Shown here one piece after another: positions 1 to 7,675 of a DNA stretch of 32,000 nucleotides. Position numbers and translations under genes: made by a program. This DNA comes from Candidatus Saccharimonadota bacterium (lineage in GTDB: Bacteria; Patescibacteriota; Gracilibacteria; UBA4473). The notes beneath the pieces were generated by a model, which ran no database searches, had not been told where the DNA came from, and saw only the letters and a list, made by a program, of their open reading frames with translations. The DNA lies in assembly GCA_965228485.1 (NCBI GenBank), contig OZ245819.1, positions 150,001 to 182,000 of the forward strand, given 5' to 3'. Positions within the stretch are counted from its first letter, which is position 1. Every line of letters starts with the position of its first letter.

Positions 1-3
1 CAA

Positions 4-279
4 ATGGGAGACATGTATAAGCTTCAGAAAGAAGCGAAAAAAATTAAAAAAGAACTTGCTAATACGCATATCTTTTCTGAGTCAGACGGTGTGAAAGTTA
101 CCGTTTCAGGAGAACAAGAAATGATTAAAGTAGAAATTCTGGATGAGACAATTCTTGGAGATACTAAGCGATTGGAAAAGGCAGTATTAGAAGCTTCTAA
201 TAAAGCTTTCAAAAAGGCTCAACAAGTGGCAGCTGAAAAAATGAAAGCTGTTATGGGAGATTTTCCAGGAATGGCATAA
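4..279 (+). CDS. ybaB: YbaB/EbfC family nucleoid-associated DNA-binding protein
   Basis: 91-aa ORF with ATG start and TAA stop. Size and layout fit the YbaB/EbfC family: K/E-rich N-terminal helix 'LQKEAKKIKKEL', central 'GVKVTVSGEQEMIKVEI', C-terminal helix 'AFKKAQQVAAEKM'. Confidence 0.8.
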   Translation: MGDMYKLQKEAKKIKKELANTHIFSESDGVKVTVSGEQEMIKVEILDETILGDTKRLEKAVLEASNKAFKKAQQVAAEKMKAVMGDFPGMA

Positions 280-289
280 ATTTACTTTC

Positions 290-1264
290 ATGAAAAAGTA
301 TTTATTTTTAGTCTTACTCCTCATTTTTTGTTACTTTGCGGGGAGGGTGGTTATGGTTTGGGATAAACCCAATAGTGATAGCTCATCTCGTGTGACTTTT
401 ACCGTTCCAAAGGGAGCGAGTTTGAATAAGATTATTGGTATTCTTGATGAAAAAGAGCTTATTAGAGATCCTTTGGTTTTTAAATGGTTTATTCGTTACA
501 ATGGACTTTCAACTAAATTGCAAGCGGGGGACTATGTAGTTCAAAAGGATTTAACCTTTGCTGAGTTGGCTGAAATTTTGCAAAACGGAAAATCTGAGGA
601 AGTAAGAATTACTATCCCAGAAGGTTACACTATAGAGCAAATTGATGCTTTGCTAGCCAAAAAAAGCTTAACAAGTCCTGGGGAATTTAAAGATTGTACG
701 AGTACTTGTGATTTAGGATTTCAAGTAGAGGCTTTAGAGGGATATCTTTTTCCTTCTACTTATTTTGAGCCTTATCAATCATTCACCGTTCGTAAATTTA
801 TTCAGCGATTATATCGAACTTTTCAACAACAGATTACAGCGCTTCGAATGGACATTAGTGCTTCAGAGAGAACTTTAGATGAAGTTGTAAAGGTGGCTTC
901 TATGATTGAAAGGGAGGCTTTTGGTGACAGCTATGAAGAAAAGCAAATGATTGCAGACGTTATATGGAAACGTCTAGATGAAGGTATTCATTTAGGAATC
1001 GATGCGACTACTCGTTACGAAAAAAATGATTGGACTGGACCGTTGTATGCCGAAGACTTTGCGAAAGATACGCCTTATAATACTCGTAGAAAACTCGGAC
1101 TTCCACCAACGGCAATCTCAAATCCTGGTTTAGATTCTTTGAAAGCGGCGGTTTACCCAAAATCAACAGAGTACTACTATTACCTGCATGACAGTTCTGG
1201 AAAAGTTCATTTTGGAAAGAACTTGGAGGAACACAACGAAAATAAACGAAAGTACATTTATTAA
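290..1264 (+). CDS. mltG: Endolytic murein transglycosylase MltG (YceG-like)
   Basis: 324-aa ORF with an N-terminal TM helix and YceG hallmarks 'LEGYLFPSTY', 'ASMIEREA' and 'YNTRRKLGLPPTAISNPG'. Confidence 0.9.
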   Translation: MKKYLFLVLLLIFCYFAGRVVMVWDKPNSDSSSRVTFTVPKGASLNKIIGILDEKELIRDPLVFKWFIRYNGLSTKLQAGDYVVQKDLTFAELAEILQNGKSEEVRITIPEGYTIEQIDALLAKKSLTSPGEFKDCTSTCDLGFQVEALEGYLFPSTYFEPYQSFTVRKFIQRLYRTFQQQITALRMDISASERTLDEVVKVASMIEREAFGDSYEEKQMIADVIWKRLDEGIHLGIDATTRYEKNDWTGPLYAEDFAKDTPYNTRRKLGLPPTAISNPGLDSLKAAVYPKSTEYYYYLHDSSGKVHFGKNLEEHNENKRKYIY

Positions 1265-1545
1265 GCTGCTACTTGTTTTACCGGTTCTTTAACGATCTCT
1301 GAGGCTCTTTTTCGAATTTGTAAAGATAATTTTTCTATTAGTATTTCAGCTCGTGCAATATCAATGGTAGTTCTTTCATGGGCTCCTTGTGCAAGTTTGT
1401 TTCGTCCTTCTGGAGTTGATAATAGATCTTCACTGGTATCATTTAAAACTTCAGCAAACACCTCAATATTTCCTGATTCGATTTTTGCTAATTCATCTAT
1501 CTCTCTATCTTCTAGCCCTCGAGTGTAATCGTATGCGTATTCCAT
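1261..1545 (-). CDS. Hypothetical protein (94 aa, acidic, helical)
   Basis: ATG-to-TAA ORF filling the gap between mltG and the next gene. Its 3' end overlaps the mltG stop by 4 nt. I recognise no family. Confidence 0.45.
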   Translation of the reverse strand: MEYAYDYTRGLEDREIDELAKIESGNIEVFAEVLNDTSEDLLSTPEGRNKLAQGAHERTTIDIARAEILIEKLSLQIRKRASEIVKEPVKQVAA

Positions 1546-1630
1546 TTTTAAAAAAATTATCTTGTCCCAAATGATACTCCTAAGCAGTTTGTTTTGGGAA
1601 GTGAATTTTTGATGAACTGTTAGATGTTTG

Positions 1631-1659
1631 TTGACATATTTTCTATATATTTTATTAAT
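1631..1659 (+). promoter_or_regulatory. Sigma70-like promoter, probably leaderless
   Basis: TTGACA (1631-1636), 17-nt spacer, ATTAAT (1654-1659). Only 5 nt separate the -10 box from ATG 1665. Confidence 0.4.
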
Positions 1660-1664
1660 ATTTC

Positions 1665-2555
1665 ATGGATTTGGAAAAATTTGATAGTATTGGAGCTTCA
1701 GAGCGTATTTCTCGTTCATTAGAGGTTGTTTCGAGGGCCAGTGATAATGTTCGAACAAGTTTAATTCCAGATTTAATATCTAAGGGAATCTCATCTGAAG
1801 AAGCTTACTTTTCTATGCATCGTTCATATTTTGATGAAGATCCCCTTATGTCTCAGTTTCATCATGACTACTTGTTAGAAGCTCCAGAATTAACAGTTGC
1901 TTATGTTCGATCTATTGCAGAGAGGACTGCTGGTGATTATTCCAATATGGTTGGGTGTCTTCGCCAAAATGATCCCAAAGTAGGGGATATAACTTTTCCA
2001 AGAGCTAGCGAACTACCTTCATTGTCAAAACGTTTTTTCGAAGCGATTGATGCTTATGAAAAATTTGAAGATCAAGAAGATTTTTGGAATTTTTTACTAG
2101 CGGTTGATTGTTTTCTACGTTTTACGCATTTGCCTTATGATGGTTCAGGTAGAGTTAATGAAGATTTTTTGGTTTTTCTCTGTGAAAAATTCGAGATTAA
2201 CTTCTCTCTGTCTCCATCGGGCTTTAGAGGTATGTTAAGTGGCGAGTTGGTTGCACAAAGTGATGACTTGAAAGACTTACTAAAGCAAAGTGCAGCTCAT
2301 GACACCTATTTGATGATGTCTCTAAGAATATTATCCAATTTGGAAAATAGAGATTTTACCTCATTGCAAAATTCTTCCTATTATTCACCTGCAACTACTC
2401 TATATCGTGATAGAGGCACCTTAGTTCACTATAAAGGTACTCCTGAAGAAATTAGACTTTCAGTTTGTGAGAGGATTGGTAATTTGGTTGGAGAACCTGG
2501 TATCACTCGGGAAATACACTTGCAGGGGATAGAGAAAGAATTAGGGTTAAAATAA
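1665..2555 (+). CDS. Hypothetical protein with a degenerate Fic-like core motif
   Basis: 296-aa ORF. Residues 155-166 (nt 2127-2162) read 'HLPYDGSGRVNE', against the Fic core HxFx(D/E)GNGRxxR. The surrounding 'FLRFTH...DFLVFL' hydrophobic pattern is Fic-like. Confidence 0.55.
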   Translation: MDLEKFDSIGASERISRSLEVVSRASDNVRTSLIPDLISKGISSEEAYFSMHRSYFDEDPLMSQFHHDYLLEAPELTVAYVRSIAERTAGDYSNMVGCLRQNDPKVGDITFPRASELPSLSKRFFEAIDAYEKFEDQEDFWNFLLAVDCFLRFTHLPYDGSGRVNEDFLVFLCEKFEINFSLSPSGFRGMLSGELVAQSDDLKDLLKQSAAHDTYLMMSLRILSNLENRDFTSLQNSSYYSPATTLYRDRGTLVHYKGTPEEIRLSVCERIGNLVGEPGITREIHLQGIEKELGLK

Positions 2556-3482
2556 ATGAAAAAAACCCTGCTGGTTGGTAATTTTGGAGCAAAGAATATT
2601 GGAGATGAACTTATTCTCGATGTGGCTCTAAAAGCCTACCCAGAGTCGGTTATAATGACGGCTGCCCCAGAGTGGACACGGGATTTTTGTGAAAATCCTT
2701 TTGAAACGGTCTTATTTCCTCCCACAGCTTTTCGAAGTTGGTGGAAATTTGTAACGAGTTCGGCTTATCGTCGTCAGTTGTTCGGTCTTAAAGATCGAGT
2801 TGATAAAGTCGTTTTTGTTGGAGGTGGACTTTTTGCGATTAAACTTCGGGCTTGTATTTTATGGTTTCAGGTTTTTATCTGGTTGAAATTTTTATTAGGC
2901 AAAAATATACCAGTCATTATGGAGTATCAGGGGATTGATGAAAAACTTGGTTTTATTAGTAAAAAGCTCGCTCGATATGTGTTTGAGCGGGTAGATCATG
3001 TTTCGGTGAGAGACGAGGCGTCTGCTCGAGCCATAAAGGCTTTTGGAATTTTAGATTATGGACTTAAGGAAGATCGAGTTTTTGAAGCTTTTAAAGACAA
3101 TGAAATTGCTGATAAAAACTCAAAACTTATTGTCTTTAATGCTTTGTCTTTTTTGGATTTAGATCACTGGGAAAAAATATTTTCTAATCTTGATGGGTTT
3201 GATTGTGTTTTTTTGGTTTGTCAGCCTAGTGACCGAAATTTTGTGCCAGAAATTTTTCCTGGAGAAATTATAGAACCTAAGAATAAAACAGAACTTTTTC
3301 AGCTTTTGAAGCGAGCTGATTTCATGGTAGCGGAACGTTTGCATGCTATCATTTTAGGAGCCTGTTTTTGTGGAGTGCAGAAAACTTTTACGCTTAAATC
3401 ACCTTACAGTGAAAAGGTAAAAAGTTTTTGTGAGAAAGAGGGGATTAAGGTTTATCCTAGATGCTGTCTGAAGTACTCGTAA
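2556..3482 (+). CDS. Polysaccharide pyruvyl transferase family protein (CsaB-like)
   Basis: 308-aa ORF. The N-terminal 'LLVGNFGAKNIGDELIL' and C-terminal 'ADFMVAERLHAIILGA' are the characteristic PS_pyruv_trans signatures. The ATG immediately follows the stop of the upstream gene. Confidence 0.7.
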   Translation: MKKTLLVGNFGAKNIGDELILDVALKAYPESVIMTAAPEWTRDFCENPFETVLFPPTAFRSWWKFVTSSAYRRQLFGLKDRVDKVVFVGGGLFAIKLRACILWFQVFIWLKFLLGKNIPVIMEYQGIDEKLGFISKKLARYVFERVDHVSVRDEASARAIKAFGILDYGLKEDRVFEAFKDNEIADKNSKLIVFNALSFLDLDHWEKIFSNLDGFDCVFLVCQPSDRNFVPEIFPGEIIEPKNKTELFQLLKRADFMVAERLHAIILGACFCGVQKTFTLKSPYSEKVKSFCEKEGIKVYPRCCLKYS

Positions 3483-4249
3483 GTACAAAGGCTCGTAGCG
3501 GTTGCCACATTTAGACTTTCGACGCTATTAACCATCGGAATCGATATTTTTTTATCAATTGCTTTCTCTATATCTGGTGAAAGTCCTTGTCCTTCATTAC
3601 CGAAAACAAAAGCCGATTTTTTATCCAGCTTTGTTTTGAAACAGCTCTCACCTTCCATAAAAGCTCCGTAGGTAGTACCAGGAAATGTTTTGATACTTTC
3701 AGATAGATTTTGAGTGGTGTAAATTGGGATTTTAAAATGGCTTCCCATGCCTGCACGAAGAACTTTTGGTGACCAGGCGTCCGTTGTCTTTTGATCTATA
3801 AATATAGCGTTTACCCCACTAGCAGCACAGCTTCTAATAATTGTTCCAAGGTTTCCTGGGTCCTGAATGTTTTCCATGAAAACGAGGCTATTTGAAGCTT
3901 TCAAAATAATCTCGGGGACTTCTTGTTTAGGTTTTTTTGCAACAGTTACAATTCCTGTGGAGGTTTTGGTTGAACTTACTTTTTGGATGAGTCCATGTTT
4001 AAGTACGGCGACTTTTTTTGAGTGAGAATGGATGATTTTTGCTTCAGGGTTTTTGAGTTGAGTTTCACAGATAAATATGTTTTCAATTTCTGGATTTTCA
4101 AAGGTAAGATATTCTCCCAAGAGATGAAATCCTTCAAGAAGGATAACCTTATTTTTTACTCTAGCCTTACTTTTTTGTTGTAATTCAGCGGCTTTTTTGA
4201 GTTTTGGGTTTTGAGCAGAAGCAATTGTTAAAAAATCCATCAAAAACAT
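3452..4249 (-). CDS. TrmH/SpoU family RNA 2'-O-methyltransferase (RlmB-like)
   Basis: 265-aa ORF with the SPOUT motifs 'NIQDPGNLGTIIRSCAASG', 'FVFGNEGQGLS' and 'IPMVNSVESLNVATA'. Its 3' end overlaps the convergent gene by 31 nt. Confidence 0.85.
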   Translation of the reverse strand: MFLMDFLTIASAQNPKLKKAAELQQKSKARVKNKVILLEGFHLLGEYLTFENPEIENIFICETQLKNPEAKIIHSHSKKVAVLKHGLIQKVSSTKTSTGIVTVAKKPKQEVPEIILKASNSLVFMENIQDPGNLGTIIRSCAASGVNAIFIDQKTTDAWSPKVLRAGMGSHFKIPIYTTQNLSESIKTFPGTTYGAFMEGESCFKTKLDKKSAFVFGNEGQGLSPDIEKAIDKKISIPMVNSVESLNVATATSLCTYEYFRQHLG

Positions 4250-4290
4250 TTTTATGATTTATAAAAAATTTGTAAACTCACGGCAATACA

Positions 4291-5868
4291 ATGACCCACA
4301 AGAAAAAAATTCTCATTATCGGCTCAGGTCCATACTGTATTGGAAGTTCTGTTGAGTTTGATTGGTGCGGGGTTCAGGTATTAAGAACATTAAAACGTCT
4401 CGGGTGTGAGACGGTTTTTATTAATTCTAACCCTGAGACCGTCTCGACAGACTTTGATGAGTGTGACCGTTTATATTTTGATGAACTCACGCTTGAAAGA
4501 GTTCTAGATATTTATGAAAAAGAAGAACCTGATGGAGTGATATTCTCAACAGGAGGACAAATTGCTCAGAATCTTGCAGTAGAATTACACAAGTTCGGAG
4601 TCAAGCTTATAGGAACTCCAATTGAATCAATTGAAGCTTGTGAAGATCGAGGGCAGTTTTCAGTACTTTGTGATGAACTGGAGATTGATCAGCCTGCTTG
4701 GGCAAAGTTTGAAAACATTGATGAAGCCTTTGCTTTTGCCAATGAAGTGGGATATCCTGTATTGGTTCGTCCATCATTTGTTCTTTCTGGGGCAGCCATG
4801 GCGGTTGCAACAAATGAAGAAATGCTTCGAAATTATTTGGACAAAGCGGTAGGAACGACCGATAGTAGTGTTGTTATCTCTAAATTTTTAGATAATGCCA
4901 AGGAAGTAGAGTTTGATGGAGTAGCTCAAGATGGTGAAATTATCGTTTCAGCTATTTCTGAACACATTGAAAATGCAGGAGTTCATTCAGGGGATGCCAC
5001 GATTGTGTTACCTCCTCAGAATTTATATGTGGAAACGGTTAGACGTGTGAACCACCTAGCTAGACAATTAGCAAAAAAACTAAATATTTCTGGACCATTT
5101 AATATCCAGTTTTTGGCTCGAGAAAATGATATTAAAGTAATCGAATGTAACTTGAGAGCGAGTCGTAGTTTTCCGTTTGCTTCAAAAGTTTTGGATCAAA
5201 ACTTCATTGAAATTGCTACAAAAATTTGGATGGGAGAAAAGCTTGAACCACAGGAACGAAATCTTCTAGATATTCAGTCTGTGGGAGTAAAAGCTGCTCA
5301 ATTTTCTTTTTCTCGACTTAAGAACGCTGATCCGAATCTTGGAGTTGAAATGAGTTCTACGGGGGAAGTTGCTTGTTTTGGAGACACCATGGAAGAGGCT
5401 TTTCTTAAAAGTCTTATCTCTGTTGGGTTTGAAGTTCCAAAAGCTCCAGCCAAAATTTTGGTAACACTTGGAAAGATAAAAGATAAAGTAGATTTCTTAC
5501 CGATTGCTCGAAAGTTTGAGCGTTTAGGATTTAGTTTTGTTGGGACAGAGAATACGGCTGAATTTTTAAGAGAAAACGGTTTTGAGTGTGAGACGGTTTA
5601 CAAAATTTCTTCTGATAAACATCCAAATGTTATTGATATGATTGAAAATAAAGAAGTTTCTTTAGTGATAAATACTTCTAATAAATTTTCTCATGAAGAA
5701 GTTTCTGATGGTTATTTAATCCGTCGTAAAGCGGTGGATCAGAATGTTCCGTTACTTATCAATTTGCAGCTAGCAAAAACCCTAGCCCGAAGTATGTCTC
5801 ATATTCCTGATATTCATGATTTGGAGATTTTTCCCTACCATGAAAGAGCTCAGAAAAGATATATATAA
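4291..5868 (+). CDS. carB: Carbamoyl-phosphate synthase large-subunit homologue, C-terminal half only (ATP-grasp plus MGS-like domain)
   Basis: 525 aa, collinear with roughly the second half of E. coli CarB. Shared segments: 'KKILIIGSGPYCIGSSVEFDWC', 'NSNPETVSTDFDECDRLYF', 'GYPVLVRPSFVLSGAAM', 'EHIENAGVHSGD', 'MSSTGEV', then an MGS-like tail. Confidence 0.85.
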   Translation: MTHKKKILIIGSGPYCIGSSVEFDWCGVQVLRTLKRLGCETVFINSNPETVSTDFDECDRLYFDELTLERVLDIYEKEEPDGVIFSTGGQIAQNLAVELHKFGVKLIGTPIESIEACEDRGQFSVLCDELEIDQPAWAKFENIDEAFAFANEVGYPVLVRPSFVLSGAAMAVATNEEMLRNYLDKAVGTTDSSVVISKFLDNAKEVEFDGVAQDGEIIVSAISEHIENAGVHSGDATIVLPPQNLYVETVRRVNHLARQLAKKLNISGPFNIQFLARENDIKVIECNLRASRSFPFASKVLDQNFIEIATKIWMGEKLEPQERNLLDIQSVGVKAAQFSFSRLKNADPNLGVEMSSTGEVACFGDTMEEAFLKSLISVGFEVPKAPAKILVTLGKIKDKVDFLPIARKFERLGFSFVGTENTAEFLRENGFECETVYKISSDKHPNVIDMIENKEVSLVINTSNKFSHEEVSDGYLIRRKAVDQNVPLLINLQLAKTLARSMSHIPDIHDLEIFPYHERAQKRYI

Positions 5869-5920
5869 AATATTTTTATTTTTTTTCTACCCTGTTTATT
5901 GACCAAAGCTCCCTTGTGGA

Positions 5921-5949
5921 TTGAATTTTAGGCTATTTTTTGGTATAAT
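5921..5949 (+). promoter_or_regulatory. Sigma70-like promoter with extended -10
   Basis: TTGAAT (5921-5926), 17-nt spacer, TATAAT (5944-5949), preceded by TGn (5941-5943). It lies about 20 nt upstream of the mscS ATG. Confidence 0.45.
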
Positions 5950-5969
5950 GGTCGGATTAATTTTGGTTG

Positions 5970-7037
5970 ATGAAACAATCGTTTTGGACTCGGCTTACTC
6001 AAAAATGTTACTTATTGCTCGCAATTTCTTCTCCAGTTATTGCCTTTGCTCAGAACAATAACAATGATCAGAGTTGGTTTGATCAGTGGGGGGTATTCGG
6101 AGAGATTATAAAATGGGCAGTTGCTATTTTTCTCTTCTTGTTTTTTATTTTTATAGCCTTTCTTATTGCAAAGCTTGTCGCTACAAGAATGAAGAAAAGA
6201 AGTAAGTATGAACTTCATAAGGAAGTGATTATTCTTATCGAAAGATGTGTTTACTTTACGATTATTATCCTTGGGGCGGTTGTTGCTTTTTCTATTGTGG
6301 GAGTTGATATGACTTGGATTCTAGGGCCATTGACCTTTGGTCTTGGTTTTGCCTTCCGAGATTTATTGGCCAATATTATTGCCGGGATGGTTATTCTGAC
6401 TCAGAAGAAGTTTAAAATTGATGATATTATTAATATTAATGGTCGTTTGGGAAGAATTACGAATATTGAGATTAGATCGACTGATGTTCAGTCTTTTGAT
6501 GGAACTAACTTAGTAATTCCAAATGCGGACTTACTCAATAATGTAGTTCAAAATTATACGGCTAATACTTTCCGACGGATTTCTATTCGTGTTGGGGTGC
6601 ATTATTCTACACCTTTACCGTATGCTATTGAGACGGCACTTAAGGGGGTTAAACAACACCCTCAAATTGTTCCAGATCCACATCCTGAAGTGCTTACACT
6701 GGAATTTGGTGAGTCAGCGATTCTCTTAGAAGTTCGTTTCTGGATTGAATCAACCGTTCGGTGGTGGACTATTCAATCAGAAGTGATTCAATTGATTAAA
6801 AAAGAATTTGATACGGCTGGGATTACTATTCCATTCCCAATTAGGACGCTATCACTTGATCCGTATGACAAAAATCTACTTCATACGATTAATGCTGAAC
6901 CAGACCTTAATCCATCTTATTCTGGATATACCGCTGATGATCTTAAACCGACGAAGCCTGCTCCAGCCTCTAAATCAAAACCTAAGGCTTCTACAGATGC
7001 AGCCGTTGCGGCTAATCTGAATTTAGGTGGGAAGTAA
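5970..7037 (+). CDS. mscS: Small-conductance mechanosensitive channel (MscS family)
   Basis: The ORF track opens at TTG 5967 and ATG 5970 follows directly. TM helices are followed by the MscS core 'FAFRDLLANIIAGMVILTQKKFKIDDII...GRITNIEIRSTDVQSFDGTNLVIPNADLLNNVVQNY'. The C-terminal tail is low-complexity and P/K/A-rich. Confidence 0.85.
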   Translation: MKQSFWTRLTQKCYLLLAISSPVIAFAQNNNNDQSWFDQWGVFGEIIKWAVAIFLFLFFIFIAFLIAKLVATRMKKRSKYELHKEVIILIERCVYFTIIILGAVVAFSIVGVDMTWILGPLTFGLGFAFRDLLANIIAGMVILTQKKFKIDDIININGRLGRITNIEIRSTDVQSFDGTNLVIPNADLLNNVVQNYTANTFRRISIRVGVHYSTPLPYAIETALKGVKQHPQIVPDPHPEVLTLEFGESAILLEVRFWIESTVRWWTIQSEVIQLIKKEFDTAGITIPFPIRTLSLDPYDKNLLHTINAEPDLNPSYSGYTADDLKPTKPAPASKSKPKASTDAAVAANLNLGGK

Positions 7038-7056
7038 GAGGTTTGAAGGAGGAAAG

Positions 7057-7102
7057 CTTCTTATTTGTCTGAATAGACAAAACGAAGTCTTCAGCACCAA
7101 AT
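7057..7102 (-). repeat. Conserved tRNA-trailer element, copy A
   Basis: The minus-strand reading 'atttggtgctgaagacttcgtt-ttgtctattcagacaa-ataagaag' matches 27020-27066: 21/22 nt, then a hairpin with compensatory changes, then 8/8 nt. Confidence 0.6.
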
Positions 7103-7166
7103 TTAAATTTGGGCTTTCGATCCAACCCTTGAGGCTTCGATTTGAGTTCCACCTTGTGGAACATGT

Positions 7167-7203
7167 GAAAAAAGTCCTGGATCAAGAAATCCAAAACTTT
7201 TTC
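7167..7203 (-). terminator. Two-tier hairpin directly after tRNA-Leu (intrinsic-terminator-like)
   Basis: The minus-strand reading 'aaaaagt-ttt-tggat-ttcttg-atcca-gg-acttttt' has an A-tract/T-tract outer stem (7 bp) and a 5-bp upper stem. It starts 2 nt after the CCA end. Confidence 0.5.
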
Positions 7204-7205
7204 CA

Positions 7206-7290
7206 TGGTGCCGAAGGAGGGAATCGAACCCTCACTCCTTGCGGAACACGATTTTGAGTCGTGCGCGTCTACCAATTCCGCCACTTCGGC
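7206..7290 (-). tRNA. tRNA-Leu (anticodon CAA), CCA encoded
   Basis: The reverse complement reads GCCGAAGTGGCGGAATTGGTAGACGCGCACGACTCAAAATCGTG...GAGGGTTCGATTCCCTCCTTCGGCACCA. It has a 7-bp acceptor stem, a CT-CAA-AA anticodon loop, a long variable arm and a GGTTCGATTCC T-arm. Confidence 0.95.
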
Positions 7291-7302
7291 AAAAGCCAAA
7301 AG

Positions 7303-7330
7303 ATTCTAAAGAGTATTTTCTTTGGAGCAA
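7303..7330 (-). promoter_or_regulatory. Candidate tRNA-Leu promoter
   Basis: On the minus strand: TTGCTC (7325-7330), 16-nt spacer, TAGAAT (7303-7308). The -10 box ends 12 nt upstream of the mature tRNA 5' end. Confidence 0.3.
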
Positions 7331-7388
7331 GTTTTACTTTTAAAATTTCTAGTTACCCGTTAGCATTAGTTCTGCAATAATTTTCTTT

Positions 7389-7670
7389 ATGGCAAAACTC
7401 CTCATACTGCCAGTTCTCGTGATGCTTGGATGTACTCAATCAGTGGGAAACTCTGTTGGTGTTGATCCAAAGAAGATTGAATTCAAGTGGGCTCAAAAAA
7501 TAGTTGAAGAAGAAATCATAAGAGAGGAAGAATCGATACCTGCTTTGGCACTTGAAACTCACTTTATAGAGCCAGATATTTTGATAGAAGAAGCTGAAGA
7601 TCAATCTGATGAGCCTTTAATAGAGGATGCGGATGAAACCGATAGCCAAGAGGAACTTATAGAAGAGTAG
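7389..7670 (+). CDS. Small, highly acidic putative lipoprotein
   Basis: 93-aa ORF. The N-terminal 'MAKLLILPVLVMLGC' looks like a signal peptide with a lipobox-like LGC. The remainder is E/D-rich. Confidence 0.5.
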   Translation: MAKLLILPVLVMLGCTQSVGNSVGVDPKKIEFKWAQKIVEEEIIREEESIPALALETHFIEPDILIEEAEDQSDEPLIEDADETDSQEELIEE

Positions 7671-7675
7671 GCAAG

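Noticed and set aside
3452-3482. Convergent gene overlaps at 3452-3482 (31 nt), 18864-18890 (27 nt) and 16998-17001 (4 nt).
   Set aside because: These are real in the sequence but are a common consequence of genome compaction. They show no additional structure such as hairpins or repeats.
7012-7299. ORFs 7012-7299 (minus) and 7027-7257 (plus) spanning tRNA-Leu.
   Set aside because: Both read straight through the tRNA gene ('AEVAELVDA...', '...GGNRTLTP'). These are typical tRNA-derived pseudo-ORFs, and the conserved element here changes frame between copies.
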